64,000 bases of DNA, from NCBI GenBank assembly GCA_045540495.1, contig JAZQHH010000139.1, forward strand, positions 16,245 to 80,244. The letters run 5' to 3'. The notes under the pieces are model-generated. The model made no database searches, had not been told where the DNA came from, and was given only the letters and a program-made list of their open reading frames with translations. This document shows positions 48,191-58,308 of the stretch, piece by piece. The position numbers were made by a program, and so were the translations under genes. Each line of letters begins with the position of its first letter. Positions within the stretch are counted from its first letter, which is position 1. The DNA comes from Faecousia sp. Its GTDB lineage: Bacteria; Bacillota; Clostridia; Oscillospirales; Oscillospiraceae.

Positions 48191-49450
48191 TTATTTCTTG
48201 GCACTTTTTCTGCTCCGGGGAGCATCAGGGGTGCGCTCGATGAGTGGCTCGCCGCCGTCGATACATTCCGGGGTGATGATGACCTTACGGATAGTCAGAT
48301 CAGAAGGAATCTCGTACATGATTCTGGTCATAGCCTTTTCCATCACGGCCCGGAGACCTCTGGCACCAATCTGGCGGTCAATGGCCTTCTGGGCCACAGC
48401 CTCCAGGGCTTCGGGCTGAATCTCCAGCTCCACATCGTCCATTTCCAGCAGCTTCTGGTACTGCTTTGTCAGGGCGTTCCTGGGTTCCACCAGAATGCGA
48501 ACCAAATCTTCCTTTTTCAGGCTTTCCAGACAGGTAATCACCGGCATACGGCCCACCAGTTCCGGAATAATGCCGAATTTCAACAAATCATGGGGCTGAA
48601 CCTGCGCCAGGAGCTTCCCCACATCCCGCTTCTTCTTGCTTTCCACCGGTGCATCGAAGCCGATGGCGGATTTGTCGGTGCGGGTTTCGATAATCTTATC
48701 CAGACCGTCGAAAGCGCCGCCGCAGATGAAGAGAATGTTGGAGGTATCCACCTGAATGGTCTCCTGTTGGGGATGCTTCCGCCCACCCTGGGGCGGCACA
48801 TTGGCAACGGTACCCTCCAGAATCTTCAGCAGAGCCTGCTGAACACCCTCGCCGGACACATCCCGGGTGATGGAAGTATTTTCGCTCTTGCGGGCGATCT
48901 TATCCATCTCATCGATATAAATGATGCCCCGCTCCGCCAGTTCCACATCAAATTCCGCCGCCTGAAGCAGGCGAACCAGGATATTCTCCACATCATCACC
49001 CACATAACCGGCTTCGGTCAGGGTGGTTGCGTCGGCAATGGCGAAGGGTACATTCAAAATCTTAGCCAGAGTCTGGGCGAAAAGGGTCTTGCCACAGCCG
49101 GTGGGGCCGATTAGCAGAATATTGCTCTTCTGCAGCTCCACGTCGGACTCTTCTGCCAGATAAATGCGCTTATAATGATTGTAAACAGCCACAGAAAGGG
49201 CAATTTTCGCCTCTTCCTGGCCAACAATGTAACCGTCCATGAAGGCTTTCATCTCCATGGGGGTGGGTAGGGATCCCAGACCGGAGAACTCCGGTGCAAA
49301 GGAATATCCCTGTTCCTGCAGCAATGAATTGCAGGTGTGAACGCAGTCGCCACAGATATAGACGCCGGGGCCGGCAATCATCTGCACCTGCCCCTCCCGC
49401 TTACCGCAGAAGGAACAGCGAATGGGCTGCTGCTCGTCGTGATTTGCCAT
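48191..49450 (-). CDS. clpX: ATP-dependent Clp protease ATP-binding subunit ClpX
   Basis: CSFC...CxxC zinc finger, [16 protein letters not shown] and IGF loops. Confidence 0.97.
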   Translation of the reverse strand: MANHDEQQPIRCSFCGKREGQVQMIAGPGVYICGDCVHTCNSLLQEQGYSFAPEFSGLGSLPTPMEMKAFMDGYIVGQEEAKIALSVAVYNHYKRIYLAEESDVELQKSNILLIGPTGCGKTLFAQTLAKILNVPFAIADATTLTEAGYVGDDVENILVRLLQAAEFDVELAERGIIYIDEMDKIARKSENTSITRDVSGEGVQQALLKILEGTVANVPPQGGRKHPQQETIQVDTSNILFICGGAFDGLDKIIETRTDKSAIGFDAPVESKKKRDVGKLLAQVQPHDLLKFGIIPELVGRMPVITCLESLKKEDLVRILVEPRNALTKQYQKLLEMDDVELEIQPEALEAVAQKAIDRQIGARGLRAVMEKAMTRIMYEIPSDLTIRKVIITPECIDGGEPLIERTPDAPRSRKSAKK

Positions 49451-49474
49451 GAAGCAGGTTCCTGCCTTTCTTAA

Positions 49475-50056
49475 TCAATGGCGATCGAGCACGCGGTCGA
49501 TCAAGCCGAAGGACAGGGCCTCTTCGGCGGTCATAAAGTTGTCACGCTCACAGGCAGCAGTGACTTCTTCCACACTCTTGCCGGTATTTTCGGCCAGAAT
49601 GCGGTTCATCCGCTCCTTGATGGTCTGCAGGCGCTTCATATGGATGGCCATATCGGTGATCTGACCCTGGGTACCGGCGCTGGGCTGGTGGATCATAATC
49701 TCAGAATTGGGCAGCGCCATCCGTTTACCCTTGGCGCCGGCGGACAGCAGGAACGCACCCATGGAGGCAGCAAGGCCCACGCAAATGGTGGCCACATCGC
49801 ACTTGATGTACTGCATGGTGTCATAAATGGCCATGCCGGCGGTAACAGATCCACCGGGGCTGTTGATATAGAACTGAATATCCTTATCCGGGTCCTGGGC
49901 CTCCAGGTAAAGAAGCTGGGCGACAATCAGGGACGCAGTGGTGTCGTTGACCTCTTCGGACAGGAAAATGATACGGTCGTTGAGCAGACGGGAGAAAATA
50001 TCATAGCTGCGCTCGCCGCGGCTGGTCTGCTCCACAACATAGGGCACTAAACTCAT
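49475..50056 (-). CDS. clpP: ATP-dependent Clp protease proteolytic subunit
   Basis: [32 protein letters not shown]. Confidence 0.97.
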   Translation of the reverse strand: MSLVPYVVEQTSRGERSYDIFSRLLNDRIIFLSEEVNDTTASLIVAQLLYLEAQDPDKDIQFYINSPGGSVTAGMAIYDTMQYIKCDVATICVGLAASMGAFLLSAGAKGKRMALPNSEIMIHQPSAGTQGQITDMAIHMKRLQTIKERMNRILAENTGKSVEEVTAACERDNFMTAEEALSFGLIDRVLDRH

Positions 50057-50131
50057 GGTCGTGTCTCCTTTCATAGGGGGTTGAAACATTCTAACCATTT
50101 CAGAGGAAGGTTATTCCTCAATTAACGATCC

Positions 50132-50274
50132 TGTCATTGCGAGGAGCGAAGCGACGTGGCAATCCCCCAAAATTAAAGGAGATTGCCACACCATAAGTCC
50201 GCAGACTATGCGTAGCGCAATCACCGCAGGCGGCTCTTAGCGCAAAGCTGTTTGCGAACTGGATCGCAATAACA
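50132..50274. repeat. TGTC-tagged REP-like element with nested insert
   Basis: TGTCATTGCGAGGAGCGAAGCGACGTGGCAATCCC...GAGATTGCCACACCA[~65 nt]CTGGATCGCAATAACA. Confidence 0.75.
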
Positions 50275-50284
50275 TTCTATTACA

Positions 50285-51571
50285 TTATTCAGCCTTGGGC
50301 GCAACAGCAACAGCGCTGTCCACAATGACCTTCACAGCCTTGCGGGTCTTCAGGCTGGCAGTGATCTCCTCAACGGGGACCATGCCCTTGACCTTGTCCA
50401 GCTCCAGCTGATACTGGGAAGCCAGGCTCTCCAGCTCGGCGTTGATCTCGTCCTCGGTGACATCGATGTTCTCCACCTCGCCGATCTTCTCCAGGGTCAC
50501 GTTGATCTTCGCCTGCTTCTCGGCGGCGGGACGGAAAGCATTGCGCATGGTGGACACATCGCCGCCCATCATCTTGGCATACTGCTCCATAGAGTAGCCG
50601 CTCATCTGCAGCTGATAGCCGAAGCGCTCCATCTGGGTATCCAGCTCAGCCTCGATCAGGGCCTTGGGCATATCCACAGTGGTGTTCTCGGCGGCCTTCT
50701 CAACGCAAGCCTGCTCGAAAGCGGAGTTGATCTGCTTCTCGGCATTCTCCAGAGCCTTGGCACGAATATCTGCCTTCAGCTCATCCAGGGTGTCGAACTC
50801 GGAAACGTCCTTGGCAAACTCGTCATCCTGAGCGGGAACGATGGTCTCGGTAACCTTGTTCAGCTTCACATGGAAGACAACGGGCTTACCGGCCAGGCCC
50901 TCGTGATAATCCTCGGGGAAGGTGATGTCGATATCCTTCTCCTCGCCGGCGGTCATGCCAACGATCTGCTCCTCAAAGCCGGGAACGAAGGAGCCGGAGC
51001 CCAGCTTCAGGTCGAAGTTGTCGCCCTTGCCACCGTCGAAGGGCACGCCATTGTCGAAGCCCTCGAAATCGATGTTGGCAGTGTCGCCCATGGCAGCAGC
51101 CCGGTCCACGGTCTCGGTAGAAGCAACGTTCTGAGCCATCCGGTCCAGCTCCGCCTGAACCTGCTCGTCGGTAACGGAAGCCTCAGCCTTCTCAACCTCC
51201 AGGCCCCTGTAATCGCCCAGAGTAACCTCGGGGTAGACATCGGTGGAGATGGTGATGGTCACGATGCCATCATCGCTGATGTTCATATCGGTCAAGCTGG
51301 GACGGCCAATGGCCTTCACGTCCTGCTTCACAACAGCTTCCTCATAAACCTCGGGGAAGATTTCTTCCAGGCCGTCTTCGTAGAAAACGTGAGCGCCGTA
51401 CATGGCCTCGATCATCTTCCGGGGGGCCTTGCCCTTACGGAAGCCGGGCAGGTGAATCTGCTTGCGGGCCTTCATGTAAGCGGCGTTGACGCCCTTCTCC
51501 ATCAGTTCCTTGTCGATCTCGACGGTGATGGTGGCCTGATTGCCGTTCTTTTCAATGTTCTTCACATTCAT
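50285..51571 (-). CDS. tig: Trigger factor
   Basis: GFRKGKAP ribosome-binding motif, FKBP domain; tig-clpP-clpX synteny. Confidence 0.97.
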   Translation of the reverse strand: MNVKNIEKNGNQATITVEIDKELMEKGVNAAYMKARKQIHLPGFRKGKAPRKMIEAMYGAHVFYEDGLEEIFPEVYEEAVVKQDVKAIGRPSLTDMNISDDGIVTITISTDVYPEVTLGDYRGLEVEKAEASVTDEQVQAELDRMAQNVASTETVDRAAAMGDTANIDFEGFDNGVPFDGGKGDNFDLKLGSGSFVPGFEEQIVGMTAGEEKDIDITFPEDYHEGLAGKPVVFHVKLNKVTETIVPAQDDEFAKDVSEFDTLDELKADIRAKALENAEKQINSAFEQACVEKAAENTTVDMPKALIEAELDTQMERFGYQLQMSGYSMEQYAKMMGGDVSTMRNAFRPAAEKQAKINVTLEKIGEVENIDVTEDEINAELESLASQYQLELDKVKGMVPVEEITASLKTRKAVKVIVDSAVAVAPKAE

Positions 51572-51685
51572 GGTTTGTGTTCCTCCTGATTGAACCGCCG
51601 CATAGCGGCGTATCTTTATAAATTTGTCCGATATATTCTAGCAAAGAAACTGGAAAATGTCCACACTTTTTTCTGAAATTCTTTA

Positions 51686-52372
51686 TTAAATTACCTTGAA
51701 GGGCTTAAAATCCAGGAAATCAGCGGCAACCAACCGAAATTCCACCCCATCCCACAGCCCTTCCATGGCCAATTTATGGCTGGGGCCGTGCAGATGGCCG
51801 TAAAAACACCGGCGGACCTGATAGGTATTCAGCAGCTCCAGGATCTCGTCACATTGGTAGCCCTTGTACCGGGGAGGATAGTGTAAAAAGACCATTTTGG
51901 GCCTCTCCCCTGCTGATTTTAAGGATACCTCCAACCGCAGCAGCTCCCGCTTGAAAACCTTCTCATCATGCTCCCCGCTACGCTCCTCTTCAAAGAACCA
52001 GCCCCGGGTGCCACAGATGGCCCAATCCTCATATTCATAATGATTGTTATTCAAAATGAATTGATTGGAAAATCCCTTTTCTTCGCAGAATTTGTAGAAT
52101 TTCGAGGCGGTGCTCCACCAATAGTGGTGGTTGCCCTTGAGGATGATTTTCCGCCCGGGAATCCGGTCGATCCAGGCAAAGTCCGAAGTCGCGCCCTGCA
52201 AATCCAGGGCCCAGGACAGGTCTCCCAACAATACCGTGGTGTCCTCCGGACCGATGACGGATAGCCCCTCTTTGAGCTTGTCCATATACCCCACCCAGTT
52301 GCCGCCGAACACGTCCATGGGCTTTTCCGCCCCGAGGCTCAGATGGAGGTCGCCGATTGCGTAAAGTGCCAT
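51686..52372 (-). CDS. Calcineurin-like metallophosphoesterase
   Basis: GDLH, GDLS, GNH, HYPP, GHLH motifs. Confidence 0.9.
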   Translation of the reverse strand: MALYAIGDLHLSLGAEKPMDVFGGNWVGYMDKLKEGLSVIGPEDTTVLLGDLSWALDLQGATSDFAWIDRIPGRKIILKGNHHYWWSTASKFYKFCEEKGFSNQFILNNNHYEYEDWAICGTRGWFFEEERSGEHDEKVFKRELLRLEVSLKSAGERPKMVFLHYPPRYKGYQCDEILELLNTYQVRRCFYGHLHGPSHKLAMEGLWDGVEFRLVAADFLDFKPFKVI

Positions 52373-52373
52373 C

Positions 52374-53417
52374 TTATCCCTCCGCCAGCCGCTTTTTCAG
52401 CTCCGGCACGGTGATATTCATGGCCCGGGCCACCTGCTCCGCCTGGGCTAAAGGGTTCGTCTCTGCCAAAAGCAATGTGGTGGTACTTTTCCCGGACCGG
52501 GAGCGATAGTCAGACAGGGCGCCATAAGCCAGCGCTCCATAAGGGTTCAATATATAGTTGCTGGTATGATAGAAGCTGGGAATAATGGTCTGTACCCGAA
52601 TATCACTGACCACTGCGGCGAACATTCCCTGCCGCATAGCGTTGTAGGCGTCTTTGTCAGGGCGATACGTGCCGCCCTCAGTGCAGTGGAAGCAGTAATT
52701 GAGGGTCTCCTCCTGGCCGCAGGCACCGCAGACCAGCCGTTCCAAATCCGGCGGCAAAGCATGGTCCCCCTTCGGCGTGGAGGTGGGAACGGCGATAGCA
52801 TCGGTGTCCAGCTCCCCCCGGTGCAAAAGATCCCAGGCAGCGCTGTTCTCATTGCAGCCGCAGATGATGGTGCCGATAGGCAGTCCCATCTGCCGGCCGT
52901 ACCAGGCAGCCATTGGAGCCGCAAAGGTGCCGGAACTGACAGCAATATTGATGGGCTTATCCACTCTGATAAGCTCCGAGCGGATCAGTTCACCAAAAAC
53001 GCCGAACAAAACACTGATCCGAACGGCGATCTCCAGCCAATCGGAATGCTTGCCGATAATATCCCCATCTGGATGAATCCGCTCGGAAAGTGTGCGGATC
53101 ATACGGTTGAAATCACCATCCAGATTGTGGTAAAGTTCTGCCATCAAGATGCGGAAATTCATGGATTTCAGCTGAAACGGCGTGCGACCAATGGCCATAT
53201 CCACATCCCAGCCTGTGAGCTTGGTGGAAAAAAACAGATTCAGAATATCTGCCACATTCTGCCCAAAGCTCTGCTCAGCCAGGCCGCTGATCTCTGTTCG
53301 GTCAAAACTCGGCATCCGGAAGGGCACAAACAGGCCCCCATCGGGCCCCCGATCCTGCTGCATGGTGATGGCCGGGGTATAAACATCGTGTTTGCTGCGG
53401 GTGGTTACATAGAGCAT
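52374..53417 (-). CDS. Threonine synthase-like protein, shortened and lacking the PLP lysine
   Basis: MLY.TTR...DGGLFVP N-domain, MGLPI...NEN and LERL of ThrC; ELYHNLDGDFNR replaces ELFHGPTxAFKD. Confidence 0.75.
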   Translation of the reverse strand: MLYVTTRSKHDVYTPAITMQQDRGPDGGLFVPFRMPSFDRTEISGLAEQSFGQNVADILNLFFSTKLTGWDVDMAIGRTPFQLKSMNFRILMAELYHNLDGDFNRMIRTLSERIHPDGDIIGKHSDWLEIAVRISVLFGVFGELIRSELIRVDKPINIAVSSGTFAAPMAAWYGRQMGLPIGTIICGCNENSAAWDLLHRGELDTDAIAVPTSTPKGDHALPPDLERLVCGACGQEETLNYCFHCTEGGTYRPDKDAYNAMRQGMFAAVVSDIRVQTIIPSFYHTSNYILNPYGALAYGALSDYRSRSGKSTTTLLLAETNPLAQAEQVARAMNITVPELKKRLAEG

Positions 53418-54358
53418 TTCTCCATCACTCCCATGGCATTGTTCCAGAAGATATTTTCCACCTGTTGTTCCGTCAGTCCCCGCTCCAAAAGCCGCTGGGC
53501 CAGGGCCGGGTAGCTCTGAATGCCATCAAAGCCGCCGGTAAGCTGGTCACAGCCATCCAAATCGCCGCCCAGAGCGATGTGCTGGCATTCCGGGTCGAAT
53601 TCCATCCAGTGGAGAATGTGGTCGCAAACGGTGTCCAAGGTGGGCACTGCGCCCACAAAGGGCGCGCATTGATTAAAACCAGCCACGCCGCCGGTTTGGC
53701 AAATGGCCTTGAACATATCGTCCGTCAGATTCCGGCTTACATCACACAGGGCCCGGCTGTTGGAATGGGAAGCCACAACAGGCCCGTTGGTGATATCTAT
53801 AATATCCCAGAATCCCTCGTCGCTGATGTGGCTCACATCAATGAGCATTCCGACCCGCTGGGCTTCCTTGACAAATTCCCGGCCCATGTCCGTCAGACCG
53901 CCGCCAGTCTGGTGGGAGCCGGTGAGGGGGTTGCTTTCGTTCCAGCCCAGGGTGGTCATCCGGAAGCCAATCAGGCTCAAATCCTGCAAAAGCTCCGGGT
54001 CATAACCAAAGCCCGCAGGGCCTTCGATGGTCAAAATAGCGGACATCTTCCCCTTCTGCCGGTTGGCCTCGATATCGCCGGGGCCGTAGGCAATGGACAT
54101 GAGCCGCTTGTTCTTGTCGATTTCCCGCTGGATGGTGGCCAGCTCCCGCTCAAACATATTCAGGGGCTTGACCCGGTACCATTCCTCCATATAGGGGGTG
54201 GTGAAGCAGGCGAAGCACTGGGCATAGCCCGGCAGCACTTTGGCCCGCTCTAAATCGATATGTAAGTCGTTTTTACGAAGAGAACCGGCACTGTTGTGGT
54301 CGCTGCCCAGCAGGGCGTAAGCGGTATCGCAATGCAGGTCGAAAACAGGAAAATTCAT
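53405..54358 (-). CDS. Membrane (renal-type, M19) dipeptidase
   Basis: FDLHCDT, TIEG, IDVSH, ASHSN, LGGD.DG. Confidence 0.9.
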   Translation of the reverse strand: MNFPVFDLHCDTAYALLGSDHNSAGSLRKNDLHIDLERAKVLPGYAQCFACFTTPYMEEWYRVKPLNMFERELATIQREIDKNKRLMSIAYGPGDIEANRQKGKMSAILTIEGPAGFGYDPELLQDLSLIGFRMTTLGWNESNPLTGSHQTGGGLTDMGREFVKEAQRVGMLIDVSHISDEGFWDIIDITNGPVVASHSNSRALCDVSRNLTDDMFKAICQTGGVAGFNQCAPFVGAVPTLDTVCDHILHWMEFDPECQHIALGGDLDGCDQLTGGFDGIQSYPALAQRLLERGLTEQQVENIFWNNAMGVMEKCSM

Positions 54359-54720
54359 TGAAACGCATCCTCCAAATGATGGATTTGGGGCTTTTTCGTC
54401 AGGGTACCCTCTGGCGCATAAATCTCCACCACGTCAAACCGCGGCTGAAGCTCCGTGGGGTGCTGGGATAAATAGTAAGAAGCGGTGGAACGGAGCTTAT
54501 CCTGCTTATGCCGGTCCACATATTCCATTGCCTGGGCAAAGGACCCGGATTTGCGGAGCTTTACCTCCACAAAAACAAGAAAATTTTTGTTGCGAACGAT
54601 CAAATCAATCTCGCCGTACCGGCTGCGAAAATTAGCCGCTTCGATGGTGTATTTCTTTTTCTTCAAATACGCTGCCGCCAGGGCCTCGCCCCAGGCGCCG
54701 GCCAGATTATTTTTCCCCAT
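54355..54720 (-). CDS. yraN: YraN family protein (UPF0102)
   Basis: G..GE..A..YL, GEIDLI, FVEVK.R, RFDV. Confidence 0.93.
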   Translation of the reverse strand: MGKNNLAGAWGEALAAAYLKKKKYTIEAANFRSRYGEIDLIVRNKNFLVFVEVKLRKSGSFAQAMEYVDRHKQDKLRSTASYYLSQHPTELQPRFDVVEIYAPEGTLTKKPQIHHLEDAFQ

Positions 54721-55321
54721 AGAACTTCTTCAGGAAGGTCATCCGGTGAATGGGGCTGGGGCCATGGGCGGTCAGGGCAGCATAATGGGCCTTAGTGCCG
54801 TAGCCCTTGTGGATTTCAAACTGATATTGGGGATACTGTTCGGCAGCCGCCACCATCAAATCGTCACGGGTCACCTTCGCCAGTACCGACGCGGCGGCAA
54901 TACTGGCACTAAGACTGTCGCCCTTGACCACGGTTTCCACCGTTATTCCAAAATCCTTGGCCCGGTTGCCGTCAATCAGCGCAAGCTCCGGCTTCACCTG
55001 CAATTGGGCCAACGCCCGCTCCATGGCAAGATAAGTGGCCTGCAAAATATTGATTTCATCAATCTCTTCATGGGAGGCAATCCCAATGCCGTAGGCGATG
55101 GCCTGCTCTTTGATGATGGGAAACAGCTCCCGGCGCCGTTTGTCGGTGAGCTTTTTGCTGTCGTTCAGCCCTGGAATATCCGCATGGGGCGGCAAAATCA
55201 CCGCCGCGGCACATACCGGCCCCGCCAGAGGCCCACGGCCCGCTTCATCCACGCCGCAAATCAGCCGGATTCCCTTTTCGAAGAAGCCATCCTCGATGGC
55301 CCACATATTGATCTCGCTCAT
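54707..55321 (-). CDS. rnhB: Ribonuclease HII
   Basis: GVDEAGRGPLAGPV, DSKKL, IDG, KGD, AAAS.LAKV.RD, HKGYGT. Confidence 0.97.
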   Translation of the reverse strand: MSEINMWAIEDGFFEKGIRLICGVDEAGRGPLAGPVCAAAVILPPHADIPGLNDSKKLTDKRRRELFPIIKEQAIAYGIGIASHEEIDEINILQATYLAMERALAQLQVKPELALIDGNRAKDFGITVETVVKGDSLSASIAAASVLAKVTRDDLMVAAAEQYPQYQFEIHKGYGTKAHYAALTAHGPSPIHRMTFLKKFYGEK

Positions 55322-56184
55322 TTCATATCCTCCGGCAGTTCCAGGGTAAACCGGCCCAGCTTGCCGCCCCGGTATTCGTCCAGCAGTACCTTGGCCATCC
55401 GTTCGGTGTTGATTTCCCCACGGGCCAGGAGATATCCTCTTTTTTTGCCTGCCAATTTCAGCAGCTCATAGCCGGGGGTATCCGGCTCCGCCTCGATGCC
55501 GTAGCGGTCGATCACCGCCTGGGGATACCGCTTCCACAGCAGCTCCATCAGGTAGCAGCTCAGCTCCTCGATATCCAGAATACCTTCCTTCACCGCACCG
55601 GTGTAGGCCAGCATCATCCCCACATTGGGGTCCTCAAATTTGGGCCACAGGATACCGGGGGTATCCAACAGCAGCAACCCGCTGTCCACCGTTACCCATT
55701 GCTTGCCCCGGGTAACACCGGGTCGGTTCTCTGCCTTGGCGCCCTTCCGGCCGGAAATCTGGTTAATCAGAGTGGATTTTCCCACATTCGGGATGCCCAC
55801 AACCATGACACGCAGGGGCCGGTTCATGCCTCTGGCCGCGTCACGTTCCAGCTTCTCCCGGAGAACATGGCGAACAGCAGGGGTAAAGGCATTGATGCCC
55901 TTGCGGCTTTTGCAGTCGGTGGGCACCGCTGCCCGGCCCTGACTGCGGTAAAAATCTGCCCACCGGGCCGTAGCATTGGGGTCCGCAAGATCCATGCGGT
56001 TCAGTATCATAATACGGGGTTTGGTGCCGCAAATGCTGTCGATATCCGGGTTCCGGCTGGAAATCGGGATTCTGGCATCCACAATCTCACAAACCGCATC
56101 CACTTGCTTCAAATCCGCTTCGATTTGCCGCCGGGTTTTGGTCATGTGGCCGGGATACCACTGGATATTCATTTTTTCATCCAT
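55318..56184 (-). CDS. ylqF: Ribosome biogenesis GTPase RbgA/YlqF
   Basis: IQWYPGHM.K, DARIP.SSRNP, GIPNVGKST, DTPGILWP. Confidence 0.96.
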   Translation of the reverse strand: MDEKMNIQWYPGHMTKTRRQIEADLKQVDAVCEIVDARIPISSRNPDIDSICGTKPRIMILNRMDLADPNATARWADFYRSQGRAAVPTDCKSRKGINAFTPAVRHVLREKLERDAARGMNRPLRVMVVGIPNVGKSTLINQISGRKGAKAENRPGVTRGKQWVTVDSGLLLLDTPGILWPKFEDPNVGMMLAYTGAVKEGILDIEELSCYLMELLWKRYPQAVIDRYGIEAEPDTPGYELLKLAGKKRGYLLARGEINTERMAKVLLDEYRGGKLGRFTLELPEDMK

Positions 56185-56792
56185 CAATCCAACACTCCGA
56201 TCCGGTCGTAATCTGCTTTTTCGGTGCCACCATGGGTGCCGGGGCTCAGCAGGAAAACAGCTTTACCCAAAATCTGCCGCTCATCGATCAAACCGATCTC
56301 GGGATCCCGGCTGTCCTTGGACATACCGCGGTTGTCACCCATAACAAACACGCACCCCTCATCTACCACCAGCGGGAACTTCATGCCTTCCTGCATGAAG
56401 GTGCCGGTGTAGGTGTAGTCCTCCACCAGCGCTTCCCCATCCACATAAACAATCCCGGCCTTGAAATCGATATCAACCTCCTGGCCTTCGGTGGCAATCA
56501 CCCGCTTGACGATACATTCCCCATTATCAAAGGACTTCTTGCTGGCTACGATGATATCCCCCCGCTTAGGCTCCTGATAGAGGGCATTGCTCACAAGCAC
56601 CAGCCGGTCGCCGTCCACCAAAGTGTTGTACATGGAAGGGCCAACCACGACCACCACCCGAAAAAACAGCATATACAGGATCATAAAACCGGCCAGCACA
56701 TAAATCACATCATGCAGATCCAGAATCAGATTCTGTTTCCAGTCGAGCTTCACTTCCGGCTCAGCTTTCTTTTCTTTCTTCTTAAAGAACAT
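56184..56792 (-). CDS. lepB: Signal peptidase I
   Basis: V.GPSM, IVKRVIA, GDNR..S.DSR. Confidence 0.93.
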   Translation of the reverse strand: MFFKKKEKKAEPEVKLDWKQNLILDLHDVIYVLAGFMILYMLFFRVVVVVGPSMYNTLVDGDRLVLVSNALYQEPKRGDIIVASKKSFDNGECIVKRVIATEGQEVDIDFKAGIVYVDGEALVEDYTYTGTFMQEGMKFPLVVDEGCVFVMGDNRGMSKDSRDPEIGLIDERQILGKAVFLLSPGTHGGTEKADYDRIGVLD

Positions 56793-56916
56793 TGCTCAAT
56801 CGTCTCCTTCGGCAAACTACACTTCGCCATTTTATCTATTCCATTATACACGTTTCCCCTGTAAAAGAAAAGGGTTATTTTGCAAAAAAACCGCCGGAAT
56901 TTTCCCGGCGGTAAAT

Positions 56917-56944
56917 AAAAAAAGAGGGTCTCCCCTCTTTTTTT
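56917..56944 (-). terminator. rplS terminator
   Basis: AAAAAAAGAGGG-TCTC-CCCTCTTTTTTT. Confidence 0.7.
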
Positions 56945-56957
56945 ATGAAGTTGGAGC

Positions 56958-57299
56958 TTAGACCTTCTCCTTGACCTTAGCGGCCTTGCCGAAGCGCTCA
57001 CGCAGGTAGTACAGCTTGGCGCGACGGACCTTACCCTTACGGACGGTCTCGATCATAGCGACATTGGGAGAATGCAGGGGGAAGACCTTCTCACAGCCAA
57101 CGCCGTAGGAAATGCGGCGAACGGTGATGGTCTCGGTGATGCCACCGTGCTTGCGGGCAATAACGGTACCCTCAAACACCTGGATACGCTCACGGGAGCC
57201 TTCCTTGATGCGAACGTGCACACGAACGGTGTCGCCAACCTTAGCCTCAGGCAGCTCGGCCTTCATGTACTGGCTGTTCAGAGCCTTAACAAGATCCAT
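56958..57299 (-). CDS. rplS: 50S ribosomal protein L19
   Basis: [30 protein letters not shown]. Confidence 0.98.
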   Translation of the reverse strand: MDLVKALNSQYMKAELPEAKVGDTVRVHVRIKEGSRERIQVFEGTVIARKHGGITETITVRRISYGVGCEKVFPLHSPNVAMIETVRKGKVRRAKLYYLRERFGKAAKVKEKV

Positions 57300-57311
57300 T
57301 TCTTTGTCCTC

Positions 57312-57375
57312 CTTAAATATTAGGCGTTCGTGCGACAGAATCTCTGCGCAGAGGACACACCTTGATTTCAGACCG
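57312..57375 (-). promoter_or_regulatory. Probable L19 leader (autoregulatory 5' UTR)
   Basis: About 70-nt UTR between promoter and RBS with GGTGTGTCCTCTG...CACGAACGCC, resembling Firmicutes L19 leaders as I recall them. Confidence 0.45.
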
Positions 57376-57379
57376 ATGT

Positions 57380-57408
57380 ATTATAGCATAGCGTTTCCCA
57401 AAAATCAA
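57380..57408 (-). promoter_or_regulatory. sigA promoter of rplS
   Basis: Minus strand TTGATT-17 nt-TATAAT with TG extension. Confidence 0.7.
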
Positions 57409-57515
57409 GAGAAAATTTCATATTTTTTCAAACAATTTTGCATAATGGAAAGACCTTCTTCGCTTGACGGTATATGGACAAATATGATATAATGTATAAA
57501 ATTATGTAGAAAGGT

Positions 57516-58307
57516 ATGCAATCGGATATGACAACTGAGAAGAAAACAAAAATATACCGAATCTGCGGCGCCGTCATTACCCTGCTGGTCCTGGCGCTGG
57601 GGGTCGCGGTCATGCTGTCCTGCTGGGATATCTACTCCGGCGGTACTGGATCCTACAGTCCCGCATCCATTGCCCAAAGATTTGAAAAGATCGCGTTTCT
57701 GGTCTATCTGACTTTGGCCGCGGTACTTGGCGGCATGCTTTTGAGTATTGCGCTTCCCCTGGAGAAGCAGCGTCCGAAAGCAATTCGGGATGACAAAGCT
57801 GCTCTCAACAAAATGAAGACAAAAGCCGGTATTCTTTCCGAAAGCTGCGCCAAAAACGCACAAATGGAGCAAAAAAAGCGACTTTGGCTTCGCTGTGGCA
57901 CTGCCGGAATCTTTGCCGGAATGATGATCTATCCTCTGATTTACTTCCTGAATGTGAAGCATTTTACAGTCGTCAACCAGAACAGCGACATCATCAAAGC
58001 CATGACCCTGGCCCTGATCCCCGGTACCATCGGGCTTATCCTTTGCTATGTTTGCACACTGCTGGTGAACAGAAGCATCCGCCGTGAGACGGAGCTATAT
58101 AAAACCTTCATTGCAGAAAACAAAGACCGTCTCTCCTCTGCCCCCAAAACGGCGAAAAACGAAACTAAAACCCGTCTGCAACTGATCCGCTGGGCCGTCC
58201 TGGCAGTGGCGGTGCTGTTTATCGTGGTTGGAATCTTCAACGGCGGCGCTGACGATGTTCTTCTGAAAGCCATCGTTATCTGCACAGAGTGTATAGGACT
58301 TGGTTAA
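57516..58307 (+). CDS. Membrane protein with C-terminal CD1871A-type CxxC module
   Basis: About five TM helices, ends KAIVICTECIGLG; promoter TTGACG-18-TATAAT at 57464-57493. Confidence 0.75.
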   Translation: MQSDMTTEKKTKIYRICGAVITLLVLALGVAVMLSCWDIYSGGTGSYSPASIAQRFEKIAFLVYLTLAAVLGGMLLSIALPLEKQRPKAIRDDKAALNKMKTKAGILSESCAKNAQMEQKKRLWLRCGTAGIFAGMMIYPLIYFLNVKHFTVVNQNSDIIKAMTLALIPGTIGLILCYVCTLLVNRSIRRETELYKTFIAENKDRLSSAPKTAKNETKTRLQLIRWAVLAVAVLFIVVGIFNGGADDVLLKAIVICTECIGLG

Positions 58308-58308
58308 T

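Noticed and set aside
52125-52140. Single-residue oddities (GNHH instead of GNHD here; MRGRAL in PhoH; AMPRG in CoaBC)
   Set aside because: Each is one nucleotide from consensus and could be strain variation or assembly error; this cannot be judged without reads.
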